From Scenedesmus sp. PABB004 (taxonomy: Eukaryota), in assembly GCA_014905635.1 (NCBI GenBank), contig JABVCE010000003.1, positions 1,178,001-1,242,000 of the forward strand: a stretch of 64,000 nucleotides of DNA. The letters run 5' to 3'. A program made the position numbers and the translations under genes. Shown here one piece after another: positions 47,048 to 60,344 of this stretch (the first letter of the stretch is position 1; every line of letters begins with the position of its first letter). Below the pieces are notes generated by a model that saw only the letters and a program-made list of their open reading frames with translations, was not told the origin of the DNA and searched no databases.

Positions 47048-47902
47048 TCAGCGTCTGTCCGTCGACGGGGCAGGAGAGGTCTGGGCTTTGAGTTGAGAAC
47101 AGACCTGCCATGCAAACCGGGCGGTAACCTTGGTGGCGGCCTTGCGTGCGCGCGTGCCGGCGTTTCTCAACGCGCCTCCAGAGGCGAATCCGCGGCCAGC
47201 AGCGATCGCTGCAGCAGTGTGTGGCGCGTCGCTCGATCTCTGCCACACACCGTTCACACACCGTTCACCCAAAAGGCCCCGCAGCACGTGGTGTGCACGT
47301 GCGCTGAGCGTGCCCCTCGCAGCAACCGTGACCGCCCCGGGATGTGTGACCGCCGAACAGACCAGCGCAGCGCCCACCTGAACCGTTAGGTGCTCCGTAG
47401 CCGCAGCGAGGCGGCACGGCGCAGCCGCGTGGGCGGCGGTGCCAGCCGCCGAAGCGAGAGGGATGGCTGGCCAAGTGATGGCGTTGGCACCAGGCGAGAG
47501 ACCGAGACGGCCTGCATGCATGCGTGACCCCCTCATTGGCTCCAGCGGTGGTGGTTCAGCGTGCAGTGCGCGCCCACACGCAGCGCAGCCCGCCACGCGG
47601 GGCGTCGGCGCGCGCGCGCGCGCGCGCTCTCGGCGCCCAGCGCCAGTGCATGCACTCAACAGGCAGTGGTCACAGTCTGATCAGTCGCACCAATCACACG
47701 ATTGCTTCGAGCAGCGTGCATCGCAGTCCTCCTGCTGGCCTCGGCCGCAGTGCCCCCGGGTGCGCGCCGCGCGCCGCGCCGCCAGCGGCGCCCTGCTGCG
47801 CGCGCGGCGGCCTGCTGCGCGCCCGGCCGCCCGGGCCCAGTCCCCCCTAAACTCCCCGCCCCCACCGCGCCGCGCCGCGCGCCCGCCCGCGCCGCTCGGC
47901 GC

Positions 47903-48278
47903 TCAGCCCGGCGGCGGCGCCGGCGCGGGCGGCGCGTGCTCCGCGGCCTCGCCGCTCTCGCCCTCGTGCCCCGCCGACTCTGCGATCTGGGGCAGCACCA
48001 GCGAGCGGCTGCGCTGGGAGTAGGACCCGCTGCGCCCGTCGCCCGGCCCGCCGACCGGCGGCCCGCCGCCGCCAGCGCCGCCGGGCCCGGCGGGTCCCCC
48101 GCCGGGGCCGAAGCTGTGCGCGCCGGTGGCGCCCGGCTCGCTCCACTCGCTCATCGTCCGCATGATCAGCACGTCTGGCGGGCGGGCGGCCGCGGCGCCG
48201 CGGTTTGCGCGGGCGCGGGTGTCGAGCGCGCGTGCGCGGGCCGCGCGGCGCGCGGCGCACGGCCTGCGGCTGCGCGCA

Positions 48279-48310
<32 letters not shown>

Positions 48311-51300
48311 TGCGCGCCGCACCCGAGTCGTCCAGGCTGTGCTCGAGGTAAATCGACTGCTCACGCGCTGCGGCGCCGCCCCGCGCCCCCGCGGCGTCGC
48401 CGCCGGCGCCGCCGCCGAGCAGCGGCGCGCCGTCGGGCGTGCCTGCGGCGCGGCGCGGGGCGCTCAGCGCGCGCGGCTCGCGCCCTCGGCGGGGCGGCCC
48501 GCCACGCCCGGCGCGCCCTGGCGCCACCTGGCGTCCACACACGCACCGGCAAGGAATTCATCCTTGGCGTCGTCCTCGGCGAGCGCCGCGTGCCGCTCGA
48601 TGTGCAGCGCCGGCGTGCGCCGCGGGTCGGCGCGCCGCAGCTCCAGCAGCTCGTTCAGCACTGCGCTGAACGGCGGCCTGCGGCGCGCGCGCGCGGCGGC
48701 GCGGGCGGCGGCGCGCGGTGGGCGGCATGCGGCGCCGACGCGGCCCGCGCGGCGCGGGCGCGGCGCCGGCGCGCCAGCCGGTGCAGGCGCGCCGCGGGCG
48801 TGGCGGCGCCGCGCACCGCTGCTCCCAGTCGCGCTGCCAGCACGCCTCGGCCAGCGCGCGGTAAGCCTTTGGTGTGTCGCTGGGGAAGCGGGGCCGCAGG
48901 TTCTCGCGCGTGATCTGGTGCCCCAGCAGCGCGCGCGGGACGCCCTCAAACGCGCGCCGCCCGCTGTACAGCTCCCTGGGAGCAGCGGCGGCGGCGGCGC
49001 GGCGCGGGCGGGCGGCACGTGGGCCGGCGGCGCGCGCGCACAGTGGCGGGGCGCCGGGCCGGCGAGGCGGCGCGGCGAGGCGGCGCGCCGTGCGCGCGCG
49101 GCGCGTGCGCGCGCTGCGCCGCACCACATGGTCATCCCAAACGCGTACACGTCCGCCGCCTTGCTCACGCGGCCGCTGAGCATGATCTCTGCGCGCCAGC
49201 ACGGGGCAGGGCGGGCGCCGTCGGCGGCGGCGGGGCGGGCGCGTCGCGGCGCGTGCGCGGCGTGTGCACGCGGCGGCTGCCGGGCGCGGCGCGGCGCGGC
49301 ACCGGGGGCCATGTGCGTCATGGTGCCCTGGTAGACGCTTGAGATGTGTGTGTCGGTGTGGTCCATCTTGAGGCTCAGCCCAAAGTCGCCGACCTTGGCC
49401 ACCACGCCGCGGCTGTCGTTGCCGGTCGCGAGCATCACGTTCTGAGCCTTGCTGCGCGGCGCCGCGGGCGGCCAGCGCGCGCAGCGCGTGGGCGGCCGGC
49501 GGGCGCAGCGCACACGCGGCGCCGTGGGCGTGCGGCGGGCGCGACGCCGGTGCTACGCGAGCGCGGCGCGGCGCGGCGCACAGGTCTGAGTGCAGGACGT
49601 TGAGCGAGTGCAGGTGCAGCATGGCCTTGGCGACGTCGGCGGCAGTGTCGAGGATTGCCAGGTAGTTGACGCCCCCGCCGGCGCCTGCGGCAGATCACGC
49701 CGCGGTGTGTGGTTTAGCAACGCGCGTTCATCCACGGCGCGCGCACACCGCCGGGAGCCGCCCGGCCGCGGGCCGGCGCGGGGCGCGCGGCGGCGGCCAA
49801 GCGGCCGCCGCGCGGCGGCGCGGCTCGGCTCACCCTTGGGCAGGTTGAACGCGCCCGCGTCGAGCGCCTCGCGCAGGCAGCCCTTGTCGCAGTACTCGAG
49901 GCACAGCCGCACCTCGTAGCTGTGCAGCGACGGCAGCGAGCTGGCGGACAGCGCCGAGCTCTGCATGCGCCCGCTCTCGGACGCGTCGCTGCGGCCGCGG
50001 CGGCGCCGCGGCGCGTGAGACGCGTGGGAGCGCGTGAGACGCGGTGGGGCGGGGGCGCTGCCGCCGGGCCGGGCCGGGGCCGGGCGCGCGGCGAGGCGCG
50101 GCTCTCACCCCGAGTCCGACACCGAGCTCTGCTGCGGCAGGCTGTCCCGGATCGGCCGGATGGCGTACGTGTAGGTCTGCGTGGCGGCGGCGGCGGCGGG
50201 GCGCTCGGCGGCGGGGCGCGGCGCGCGCAGCGTGGCGCAGCACGCGGCGCAGCGCGGGCGGCGCGGCGCAGCGCGGGCGGCGCGGCGCAGCGCGGCGCGG
50301 CGCGGGGGCGCGCGCGCCTGCACGACGTTGGGGTGGCTGAGGCTGCTGCTGATGGCGGCCTCCATGACGCACATTTTCTCTCGCTTCTCGCTCCCGCTCA
50401 TGTTGCTGGGCAGCAGCATCGTCTTCACCGCCACGACCGTGCCGCGCCAGAGGCCCTTGTACACCTGGCGCGCCGCGGCGCCGCCGCGCGGGCGCGGGGT
50501 GAGCCCCGCCGGCGCGGCGGCCAGGCGCAGGGCGCGTGGTGCGCGACGCGCGGTGCGCACCTTGCCAAACGTGCCGCGTCCGAGCAGCTCGATGGTCTGG
50601 ATGCTGCCGATGTCCTGCAGGCTCGTGTTGCTGTTGACCGCGAGCTGCTTGCGCATGCTCTCGATGCGGTCTGCGCGCCGGCGGCGGCGGGCGGGCGGGC
50701 GGGCGAGGCTTCAGCAGGCGCGTCGGCCGCGCGTCGGCCGCGGCGCCTGCGGGCGCAGCGCGCCCGCGCACCGAGCGTGAGGCCCTCGCGCCCCGAGCCG
50801 GTGCTGTTGTCGGGGTTGGAGTCGTCCTTGTCGCCGCCGCCGCTGCCCTTGCCGTTGGCGGCCGCCTTGGCGCGGCCCTCGCTGCGGCCCTGGCCCAGCA
50901 CCGCCATGAGATTGTACTGCCGCACCTGGCCGGTTCAAGGGGGCGGCAGAGCGGCGTCAGCCGGAGCGGGCGCGGGGCCGCGCCCCGCGGCGGCGGCGGG
51001 GGCCGGCGCCGCCGCGGGCAGCGCGTTGGGTGCGTGTGGGCGGGCGCACCAGCAGCGCGTCCAGGCGCAGCTTCTCCTCCTGCAGCTTGCCGGTCGTCTC
51101 CTCCAGCCGCGCGTTGCTCTCCTGCGGGCGGGCGGCCGGGCCGAGGCGGTGCGCGGTCGCCCCCGAGCGCCCGCCTCCGCGCGCCGCGCGCCTGCCGCGC
51201 CGGCGCCGCCGCCGCGCGCGTGGCGCCGGCGCCGCGCGGCACGCACCACCATGTCGCTCAGCAGCTTCTGCTGCTGCGCCCAGCTCGCGAGGATGGTGCC

Positions 51301-53197
51301 GACGAGCAGCGCGATGAGCGCGCTGCCGAGCACCGCCGCGGCGTAGAGCCCACGCTCCCAGCTCGGCCGCCAGCCGGCCTGGGGCTCCAGGTAGATCTTC
51401 CACGCGGCGTTCGCGATGAAGATGTCGCTCTCGACCGCGTCGGCGCCGGGCCAGGTGCTCGAATTCGAAAAAACAAACTGGTCGTTCCGCCAGTATGTGC
51501 CCTCGGGGGTATAGAGCTTGGCGTTGGTGCGCTCGGTCGCGGTGTACGGCCGCGTCATGCTGCGTGGGCAGCGCGTGCGCGGCGGCGGCGCGTGAGCGGC
51601 GGCGCGCGAGCGGCGGCGGCGGCGACGGCAGCAGGGCAACGGTGGCTGCGGGCGCGCGGGCGGCACGCACATCCAGTTGTAGCGCCCCGCCTTGAGCGGC
51701 TCGAGCCGCGAGTCGTTGCCGGCGCGCAGGTCGTCCATGGGGCTGATCGCCGTGGCAAAGCCCCAGAACTTGCTGCCGACCGCGTCGGGCGTCGTCGCGT
51801 TGAAGCAGAGCGCGATCGGCGTGCAGTTGGTCGGCACTGCGGCGGCGGCGCGGCGCGGCGCGGCGGGGAGGTCGGGCCGCGGCGCCGCGCACGCGCGCGC
51901 GGTCCGCGTCGTCCGCGTCGTCCGCGCCGCGCCGCGCCGCCCGCTCACGGCTGCGGTTGGTGCCGAACGTCTCCTCCAGGCTCGCGTTCCGGATGTAGAT
52001 GGGGATGCGGGCAATCGATGCAAAGTTGTTGGCCACGAGCTGCAGCGGGCCGTTGAGCACGACGTCGTGCGCCTCCAGCGTGCGCAGCGCGCCGCCGCGC
52101 AGCGCGGGCTGCGCAAAGATGTCCAGCCCCAGGCCCTTGGCGGTCTTGTTGTTCAGCGGGTACACCATCTCCACCACGCCCATCGGCGACACCTGCGCCG
52201 CGCCGGCGTGTGGCGCGGCGCGTCGGGCGCAGCGCTGCGAGCAGCCCGCCGCTGCCCGCGCGCGCGTGGCCGCGCGCGCGCGTGCGCACCTGCAGCTCCT
52301 GCACCGTCGTGCGCTCCTTGTTGATCGAGCGCAGCAGCTGCGCCGCGGTCTCCGGGAAGACCTCCTGCAGCCTGCGCCCGCACCGGCGGCGGCGGCGGCG
52401 CGCCGCGGGCGTGGGCGCCGCGCGGCCGCGCGCCGCCGCTGCTGGCCGCTGCCAGCCGCCGCTGGCCGCTGCGCGCTCACCCCCCGCCGCCCGGCCGCGC
52501 GCTTGCAGGACGTTGCGCGTGCGCGCGCGCTTGCAGGACGCTGCGCACCGCGTGATGTCCGGGTTGAGCTGGATGATCATCGACAGCGTGACCAGCGGCG
52601 TGAAGACGCGCTCCGCGGAGAGCCAGAACGAGGTCGCCCAGTCCTGCGCCGCGTACTGCGCGCGCGTGCGCGTCTCCGCCTCGTAGTTGTCGGCGCCGAG
52701 GCGCACGCCGACGATGCCGAGCGCGCAGAGTGCGGCAAAGACGAGCAGCGGCACGAGCAGCATGAACGCCGGCCGCGCGTGCACGTTGCGGGCGTAGTCC
52801 TGCGGGGAGGCGGGGAACGGGGAGGGGAGAGGAGCGGAGCAAGGGCGGCGGCGCCGGCCAGCTCGGCGGCGCGCGCGCAGCAGCGGCGGCGGCGGCGGCA
52901 CCGGCCAGCATGGCGGCCGCCGACGCCAGCGCGCCGCGGGCGGCTCTGCAGGCGCGCAGCAGCTGGACGCCCCGCTCGCGCGCCCCTGGGCCCGCCGCGG
53001 TGGCCCTGAGCGGCCGCCCGGCAGCAGCAGCAGCGCATCCCCGGGTGCCCTGCTCATCCTGGGGCATCGCGCTGCCCTGGCGCTCTCCTCCCAGCGCTCA
53101 CCGTCATGCAGCCGCGTCGTCGCTTGGTCTTGGCCGCCGCCTGAGGGCCCGGCTCCACATCGAGCGCGACGTGCTTGGCCGCCTCGGTCGCCTCCAT
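47903..53197 (-). CDS. Membrane receptor-like Ser/Thr (TKL/Raf-like) kinase with CHASE-like sensor domain between two TM helices
   Basis: TM1 FMLLVPLLVFAALCALGIVGV; sensor VSPMGVVEMVYPL..GLGLDIF..VVLNGPLQLV..IARIPIYI..FWGFAT..WKIYLEP..GW; TM2 LYAAAVLGSALIALLVGTILA; kinase LLGRGTFGK|VYKG..VAVK, LHSDL|KAQN, KVGDFG, GTMTHMAP|E, DVYAFG. Confidence 0.85.
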
Positions 53198-53651
53198 GCC
53201 GGCCCGCGAGCGCGCTGCCACAGCGGCGCGGCGAGGGCGCTGTGTCGGTGCCGCCCGCCGAGCATGCGCGGCCCGCCACGGGCGCCGCCCGCCACCGGCA
53301 GCTCCGCGACGCGTGCTCCTTCACGCCGCGATCAGGGACGCGCGGCGGAGTCGCGACGGACTTGCGCGGTGTGTCGCGCAGCGCTGGCGCGCGTCCGCGT
53401 GCGGCGGCGGCGGCGGCGGTGCTCACCGCCGCCGTGCGTTACGTACCGTCGCTGCGCCAGCGCTGCTGCGCTGGCGGGCGCCGGGTGACGCCAAAGGTTG
53501 AGTTTCCCGGGCACGCAGCTTGCGGCCTCAACGACGCAACTCACCGCCGACCGGCACGCCGCCGCCGCGCCGCGCACGCTGCCGCGCGGCGGCACCCGCG
53601 CTGTGCACCACGCCGCCGCCTGGAGCCGCCGCACGCGCAAGAGCGCGGCGC

Positions 53652-55777
53652 TCACTTCTTCTTGCCGATCGGCGCCTTCTTGCCGACGCCGCCCTTGGCG
53701 CCGAGCGGGCCGGCCTTGCCCTTGCCGCCCTTGGCCTTGGCGGCCTTGGCCGCCTCGGCCGCCTTCGCGGCCTTGCCGGGCGCGGGCTTGACCGTGACGG
53801 GGCCGAAGAAGCTCTCCAGGCGCCCCTGGTTGGCCTTGCCCTTGGCCGCGATGATGCGCTTGCAGGCGCTGCGGATGCGGTCCTCGTTGAAGCCCTTCTC
53901 GCCTGGGCAGAGGAGCGGCAGCGGCAGCGGCGGCGGCACGAGAGTGGGGCGCGGGCGGCGTCGGCACCGCGCGGCGCGGGCGGCAGCGCGGCGCGCGCGG
54001 CGCGCCGGCCGGCAGCGCGGCGGCGGCGCCGCACCGACGAGGAACGCGACGAGGCCCTCCACGTCGGGCTGCGTCCACTTGAGCGGCGGCAGCTGCTCCG
54101 GCGGCGTGACCTCGGGCGACGTGAAGAACGCGGCCGCCTCCTTGTAGGGGTAGGGCTCCGGCAGCGGGTACTTGGCGGGGTCCAGCGACTGCCGCGCGGG
54201 CGGGTGGCGTGGCGGGCGTGGTGGGCGCGGCGTGGTGGGCGGGTGGGCGGCGTGGGCGAGGGACCGCGGGCGAGGGACCGCGGGCGTGCGGGCAGGCGGG
54301 CGCCGCCGCCGCGCCGCGCGAGCGCGCAGCACGCGCCTGGATCGCGGCCTCGATGCTGCCGTGCTGCCGGATGAGCCCCAGCGCGCGCACCGCGCCGATG
54401 CCGCGGATGTTGGACGCGTAGTCGCAGCCGCAGAGGATGCACAGCTCCACAAACTGACCCATGCTCAGCCCCAGCTCCTGTGGCGCCCGCGGCGGCGGCG
54501 GCGCGGCGCGGTCGGGCGCGGGCGCGAGGGCCGCGGCCGCCGCGCCGCCGCCGCCGCGGGGCCCCTGCGCGCGCGCGCTCGCGCGGCGCGCCACGCGCAG
54601 GCGCGCACCTCGAGCGCGGTCGCGAGGCTGAACTCCTGGATCGCCACGTTCTGGCTGCTCGGCGCCATGAGGTGCCGGATGAGCGTGGGGCAGCCAAAGG
54701 TGAGGCAGTCCATGTCCTCCGTCGCCGCGCCGTAGACGAGGCCGCCGGCCGCCATCGCCGCGCACTGCGCCTCCGCCTCGCTCGGCGCGTCCACGACCGG
54801 CACGCCCATGAGGCGCAGCAGGCGCTTGCAGTCCTCGTTGTGCTCCGCCGTCACCTGCGCGACGCGCGGCGCGGCGCACGCGGCGTCCGCGGCGCGCGGG
54901 CGCGGTCAGGAGCCCGCCGCCGCCGCTGCCGCCGCGCGCCGCGCTCCAGCGCGCACGCGCCCCGCGCCGCTGGCGTCGCCCCGCGCCGCCCCACGCCGCG
55001 TCTGCGGGGGCCTCGCCGCCGCCGCGCCTTGGTCGTGCGCTTGCTGTACTTCTCAATCGCCGCCTGGTCGCCCGCCTCCTTGGCCGCCGCGAGGCCCTCC
55101 GTCGCCTCGTCGCGCTTCTCGCGCCGCTGCTTCAGCTGCGCGAGCTTCAGCTCCGGCGGCTTGCCCTCAAAGACGTAGACCGGCTTGATGCCTGCGCCGG
55201 CGCGCGGCGCGGCGGCAGGCGGCGGCGGCGCGCGGCGGCGTGACGAGCGCGCGGGCGCGCGGGCGAGGGCTCGTGCGCTCGCGCGGTCGTGAGCGCGCCG
55301 CCGCCCGCGCGTGCTGTGCCACGGCGCGCCCCCGTTGCCAGGGGCATCGCTGCTGCTGCCGCAGCATCGCTGCCGGCACCCGCGCGCGCGCCGGCGGCGC
55401 CGCAGCAGCGGCAGCGGCGCCGCCGCGCGCTGCGCGCGGAGTGCGGCGCGCGGGCGCGTGCGCCGCGCGGCGCGGCGCGGCGCGGCGCCCCCGCGGCTGC
55501 CCCCATCGCTGGCGCGGCGCGGGGCCGGGCGGCGGCGCGCACCGGCCTCCAGCATGCGCGCGGTGCGGTAGAACATGCCCTGGAGGTGGGAGGTGACCTC
55601 CCCCGCCTCGTTGGACAGCAGCTGGTCGCCCTGCCGGCCCACGACGGCGAGGAACTGGTAGATGTGCATGCTCGCGTCCACCGCGATCTTGCGGCCGAAG
55701 TAGTTGGCGAAGGCCTGCTCCTTGATGGCCCGCGGCGCGTTGTCGCCCAGGAGCTTGGTCAGGCCCTGGATGCCCAT
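53652..55777 (-). CDS. FEN1: Flap endonuclease 1
   Basis: [70 protein letters not shown]-terminal PIP box QGRLESFF. Confidence 0.97.
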
Positions 55778-56149
55778 CGCGGGGCCGCCCGACCAGGCCC
55801 CCACGCGTTCCCTGGCGGGCCCTGGGCCGCGGGCGGCGCGCCGGGGGCGCGGGCGAGCGCGGGCGCGGCCGGGATCGTCGCGGGGCGCGGCGTGAGGGCG
55901 CTGGTCGCGTGTGGGGCATGGCAGTGGCACGGCCTGTGGGGCGCGGCGGCGGCGAGGCGGCGGCGCACGGCGGCGGCGCGCGAACGGACGCTGCTCAAAA
56001 ACGCGACGCTCGCGGCGCGCGCAGGACGCCCCTCAGTGCGGCGCCAGCGCCGCGCCACACCCTCCGTCCAGCCGGGCCGACTCGCTGCCGCCAGGCAGCC
56101 GGCAGCCGCCGCCGCCGCTGCTGCCGCGCTCGCTGCTGCCGCTGCCGGC

Positions 56150-59100
56150 ATGGCGCGCTGCCGCTGGGCGCCGGGGCGCGGCGTGGCCGCCGACCTGCGC
56201 GCCCGGTGGCCGCACTACGCTGACGACTGGCGGCAGGGCGCCAACTGGGGCGCCAGGTGCGCCGGCGGCGCCGCGCTGGGGCTGGACGGCACTGCCCAGC
56301 GCGGCGCCCAGCCGGCGGCGACTGCAGACGCGGCGGCGGGCCGACGCCCTCCGCGCAGGATCCTGGCGCCCTCCTGCTACATCTTCTTCGCGTCGGTGCT
56401 GCCCGCGCTGGCGTTTGGGCAGCAGCTCGCCATGGAGACGGGTGCGGCGCGCGCGCGGGGCGCGGCGCCCGCCGCGCGCAGGCGCAGACGCCCACACGCA
56501 GCCGGCGCGCCGCGCCGCGCAGACGGCGCGCTGACCGTGGTGCACCTCCTCGTCGCGACCGCGCTGGCGGGCCTGGTGCAGGCGCGCCGCGCCGCCGGGC
56601 GCCGTCCTGCCCTGCCCGCGCGGGGGTGGCGGCTGTGCTGCGTCGAGCTGCCGCCGCACCGCGGCCGCCGCAGTCGGTGGCGGGCGGGCAGCCGCTGCTC
56701 ATAGTCGGCGTCGCTGAGCCCATTGTGTTGATTTACAGCTTCCTCTATCGCTTCGCCGCGGCGAGCCCCGCGCTCGGCCCCGGGCTCTTCCTGCCCTGGG
56801 CGGCGTGGGTGTGCGCCTGGACGGCCGTGCTCTGCGCAGCGCTCGCCCTCAGCGGCGCGTGCGCGCTCATCGGTGCGGCGCGCACGCGCGCGGCCGGCGG
56901 CGGCCCGGCGGCGGCGGCGGCGGCAGTGCGAGGGCCCCGCCCGCGCGGCCTGCAATCTGCGCAGACAAGTTCACGCGCTTCAGCGGCGAGGTCTTCGGCG
57001 CCCTCATTGCAGTGCTGTTCCTGCAAGTGGGACTCAAGGTGCGCGGGCGCGCCTGGCTGCCCGGCCGGCCGCCCAGCCGCCTGCCAGCTCCGGCGAGCTC
57101 GGCGCCCCGCCCCGCCCCGCCCCGGCCAGGGCATCGTGCAGGAGTTCCGGCCCGCCGGCGGCGGCGCGGCGTCAGCGGCCGCGGCGGGCGCGCCCGGGGG
57201 CGGCGGCGCCGGCGGCGGCCTGCTGCTGCTGGTCAACGGCCTGTGGGGCCTCCTGCTCTCGGCGGGCGTGCTGCTGACCTGCCTCGCCGTGCTGCGCGCG
57301 CGGCGCTGGCTGCTCGGGCGCGCGTGGCTGCGGGGCCTGGTGGCTGACTATGGCGTTCCGCTCATGATCATTGCATGGAGCGGCCTCTCATACGCGGTCA
57401 CGCCCGCCCCGGGCGTGCCGCGGCGCGTCGCGACGCCCAACACCTGGGAGGTGCGCGCCGCGCGCCGCCGCCGCGCGGGCGGGCCGGCGCCGGCCGCCGA
57501 GCGCCGAGCGCCCTCCGCGCCCCTCCCCTCCTCTCCCTCCCGGCGTCGCAGGCCGGCGCCAACTTTGCGGTCGCGCGCCGCATGCGCGAGGTGCCGGGCC
57601 CGATGGTCGCCGCGGCGCTGCTGCCCGCCGCGGTCATCGCGGCGCTCTTTTTCTTCGATCACAACGTCTCGGCCCAGCTCGCGCAGCAGCCCGAGTTTGG
57701 CCTGGCCAAGCCGCCGGCTTTCCATTGGGACTTCCTGCTGCTGTCCGGCCTGGTGCGCGCGCCGCCGCCGCGCGTGCGCGCGCCGCCGCCGCGCGTCGGG
57801 CGCCGAGTGCCCCGCCGTGCGCCCCGCCGTGCGCCCCGCCGCCGCCGCGGCCGCCGCCGCAGTCGCTGGCGTGCGGGCTGCTCGGCGTGCCGCCCGTCAA
57901 CGGCGTGCTGCCGCAGGCGCCAATGCACACGCGCAGCCTGGCGCACATCCGCAAGCGCCGGCTCTCCAACGGCGGGGCTGCAGCCAGCGCCGACGGGGGG
58001 CCGCAGCTCCCAGCGACGGCGGCCAATGGCGCGGCGCCGACGTCTGCTGCGCCGGCGGGCGGTGACGCGGGCCGTAGGGGCAGCGGCGAGCTGCGCCACC
58101 GCCACGCCTCGCCGGAGCGCCCAGGCGGGCGCAGCCCCCGGGCCCCTCCGCAGCCGCCGCTGCCGCCGCCGCCGCCGGCGCAGCAGCAGCAGCGGCTGGA
58201 GGCGCCTGAAGCGGACGGCCCCACGCAGGCGGGCTCGCGCTCCGCGCTCAACACCCTGGTCGACTCGGCGGCAGGTGCTGCGGCGCCGGGCGCGGGCGGG
58301 GGCGGCGGCGCTGAGCAGTGCCCCGACGGCGACTTCCTGCGTCTGGAGGCGCGACGCTGCCCGCGCGCCTGCTGGCCCGCCTGCTGCGCTCGCTCCCCTT
58401 CCGGACGCTGCGCGCCCCCCGCGCACGCCGGCCGCCGAGCGCCGCCCGCCTGCGCACCCGCGCGCCGCGCCGCGGCCGCGCGCAGGTGCGCGAGCAGCGC
58501 GTGAGCAACCTGCTGCAGTCGCTGCTGGTCGCGCTCTGCCTCGGCGCCACGCCGGCAATCCAGTGCATCCCCACCGCGGTGGTTTGGGGCTATTTCATCT
58601 TCCTCGCGGCCCAGAGCCTCACCGGCAGCCAGCTCGCGGAGCGCGCGGCGCTGCTGCTCACCGACCCAGCGCGGCGCGTGGTGGTGATGCAGCGCGAGCA
58701 CGCCGCGTACCTGCAGGTGCGGGCGGGCTCCCCCTGCCAGCTGGCTGCCTGCCGCGCCGCGCCGGGGCGTCACGGCCGCGGCTGGCCGCGCCCTCGAGCC
58801 GCGGCGCGCGCGCTGCGCGCCAGTGCCGCCGCCCACGCGCCGCGCCCCGCCTGCGCCGCCGCCCGCGCGCCCGCGCCGCCGCCCGCGCGCGCAGCTGGTG
58901 CCGTTCCGTGCCGTTGTGCGCTTCACGCTGCTGCAGCTGGCGTGGCTGGCGGGCGTGTGGGCGCTGACGACGTGGGCCGGCGTGGGCGGCCTGGCCTTCC
59001 CGCTGCCGATAGTTGCGCTCGTGCCGCTGCGCCAGTTTGTGCTGCCACGGCTCTTCGCGCCGGCGCACCTCGCACAGCTCGACGCCGCGAGCTGGGAGGA

Positions 59101-59468
59101 GGCGCCGGCGCTGCCGGACCGCCGCGCCGCCGCGCAGGTGCGCCGCTGCTGGGCGCGGCGGCCCGCGCGGCCTGATGAGGCCCGCCTGCGCTCGGCGCGG
59201 TCGCGGCGAGACTGCCTCTGCCCCGCGGCGCGTCACTCACACCAGCCGCCGCGCTCCGCGCCACCGCCGCCGCCAGGAGCTGTTCTTGGTGGGCGCCATC
59301 GCGGAGGCGCCCGCGCCCGCGCTGCCGGTCGCCGCCGGCGACGCCGGGGGCGTCGCTGCGCCGAGCGGCGGCGAAGACGAGCGGTCAATAATTGAATCCG
59401 AGTTCCGCGGCAACCAGCTGAGGCACCACCTCACGCGGGAGGAGCTGGAGCAGCAACGTGCGCACTGA
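56150..59468 (+). CDS. BOR1-like boron transporter / SLC4 anion exchanger
   Basis: YIFFASVLPALAFGQQL, GGQPLLIVGVAEP, FTRFSGEVFGALIA, LVADYGVPLM, FFFDHNVSAQLAQQPEF, GVPPVNGVLPQAPMHTRSL, VREQRVSNLLQS. Confidence 0.93.
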
Positions 59469-60344
59469 GTCGCGGCGGGCCGGCACGACGCGCGCTGCTT
59501 GCAGCGCAAACCCAACCCCGTTTTGTCAGTTGAGAGTGAGCGGCGCAGCAGCAACTCAACACACCGCAGCTCGGGGCTGTGTGGTGCGCGGCGCCGGAGG
59601 CAATGCACTCAGGCGTTGAACTCACTCTTGCGCTGTGCGCGAGGCGGCTGGCCCTGAGCACCCGCGCTTTGTGGGTCGCGCGGCCGCCGGAGCTGGGGCG
59701 CTGGACTTGGAGGCGCCGGCCCGCTGACTGCCTCCGGCGACGGCCACCAGCGGCGGCGGCACCCCAGCGCGCGGGGCGCCGCGCTGCACTCAGGGGGCAG
59801 CGCCCGCCAGCAGCGCGCCCGCCTAGATGCGTGTTGTGGGTCCCAGGGTGACGTGCGAGGCGCCTCTGCAGAGGGTGAGCGTGGCCACCAGCCTGCGCGA
59901 TGGCCTCTATGATCGGCGCCCAGGCGCGCGTGGGCTCAGATTCGTGGGACTCCTCTGGTTGTCTGATTGCCCTCCTCCATCATTGAGCAGCGAGCGGGCC
60001 GCCAGCATGCCGGCGCGGCGCGAAACCGGGCAAGGTCTTTTATATATTGAGAGCAGGCCGACCGCCGCGCTCCGCGCCGGCGCCATGGCGTCGCCGGCGG
60101 TGGGCGCCTGCAATCACGGAGCAACCGCGCACTGGTGCGCGTGCGTCGCACATAGCCTAGCGCTGCGCGACCTGCCCCTCCCCGAGGGCTTTTTCCGAGC
60201 AGCCGCACCGCGAACAACAGGCCTGCGCCTGGTCACGCCGCCCCCCGCGCAGGCCTCCCGCTCACAGGACCCCGGCCTAGCAGGAGCACGGGTTGAAAGC
60301 GCTCGGAGCGGGCAGGCGACGCCCAGGGCTGGAAACAGCCCGCG

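Noticed and set aside
59172..59240. CTGATGAG...CGAGAC...GTC in a BOR intron, resembling a hammerhead ribozyme core
   Set aside because: The invariant GAAA is GAGA here, and stems II and III do not pair convincingly.
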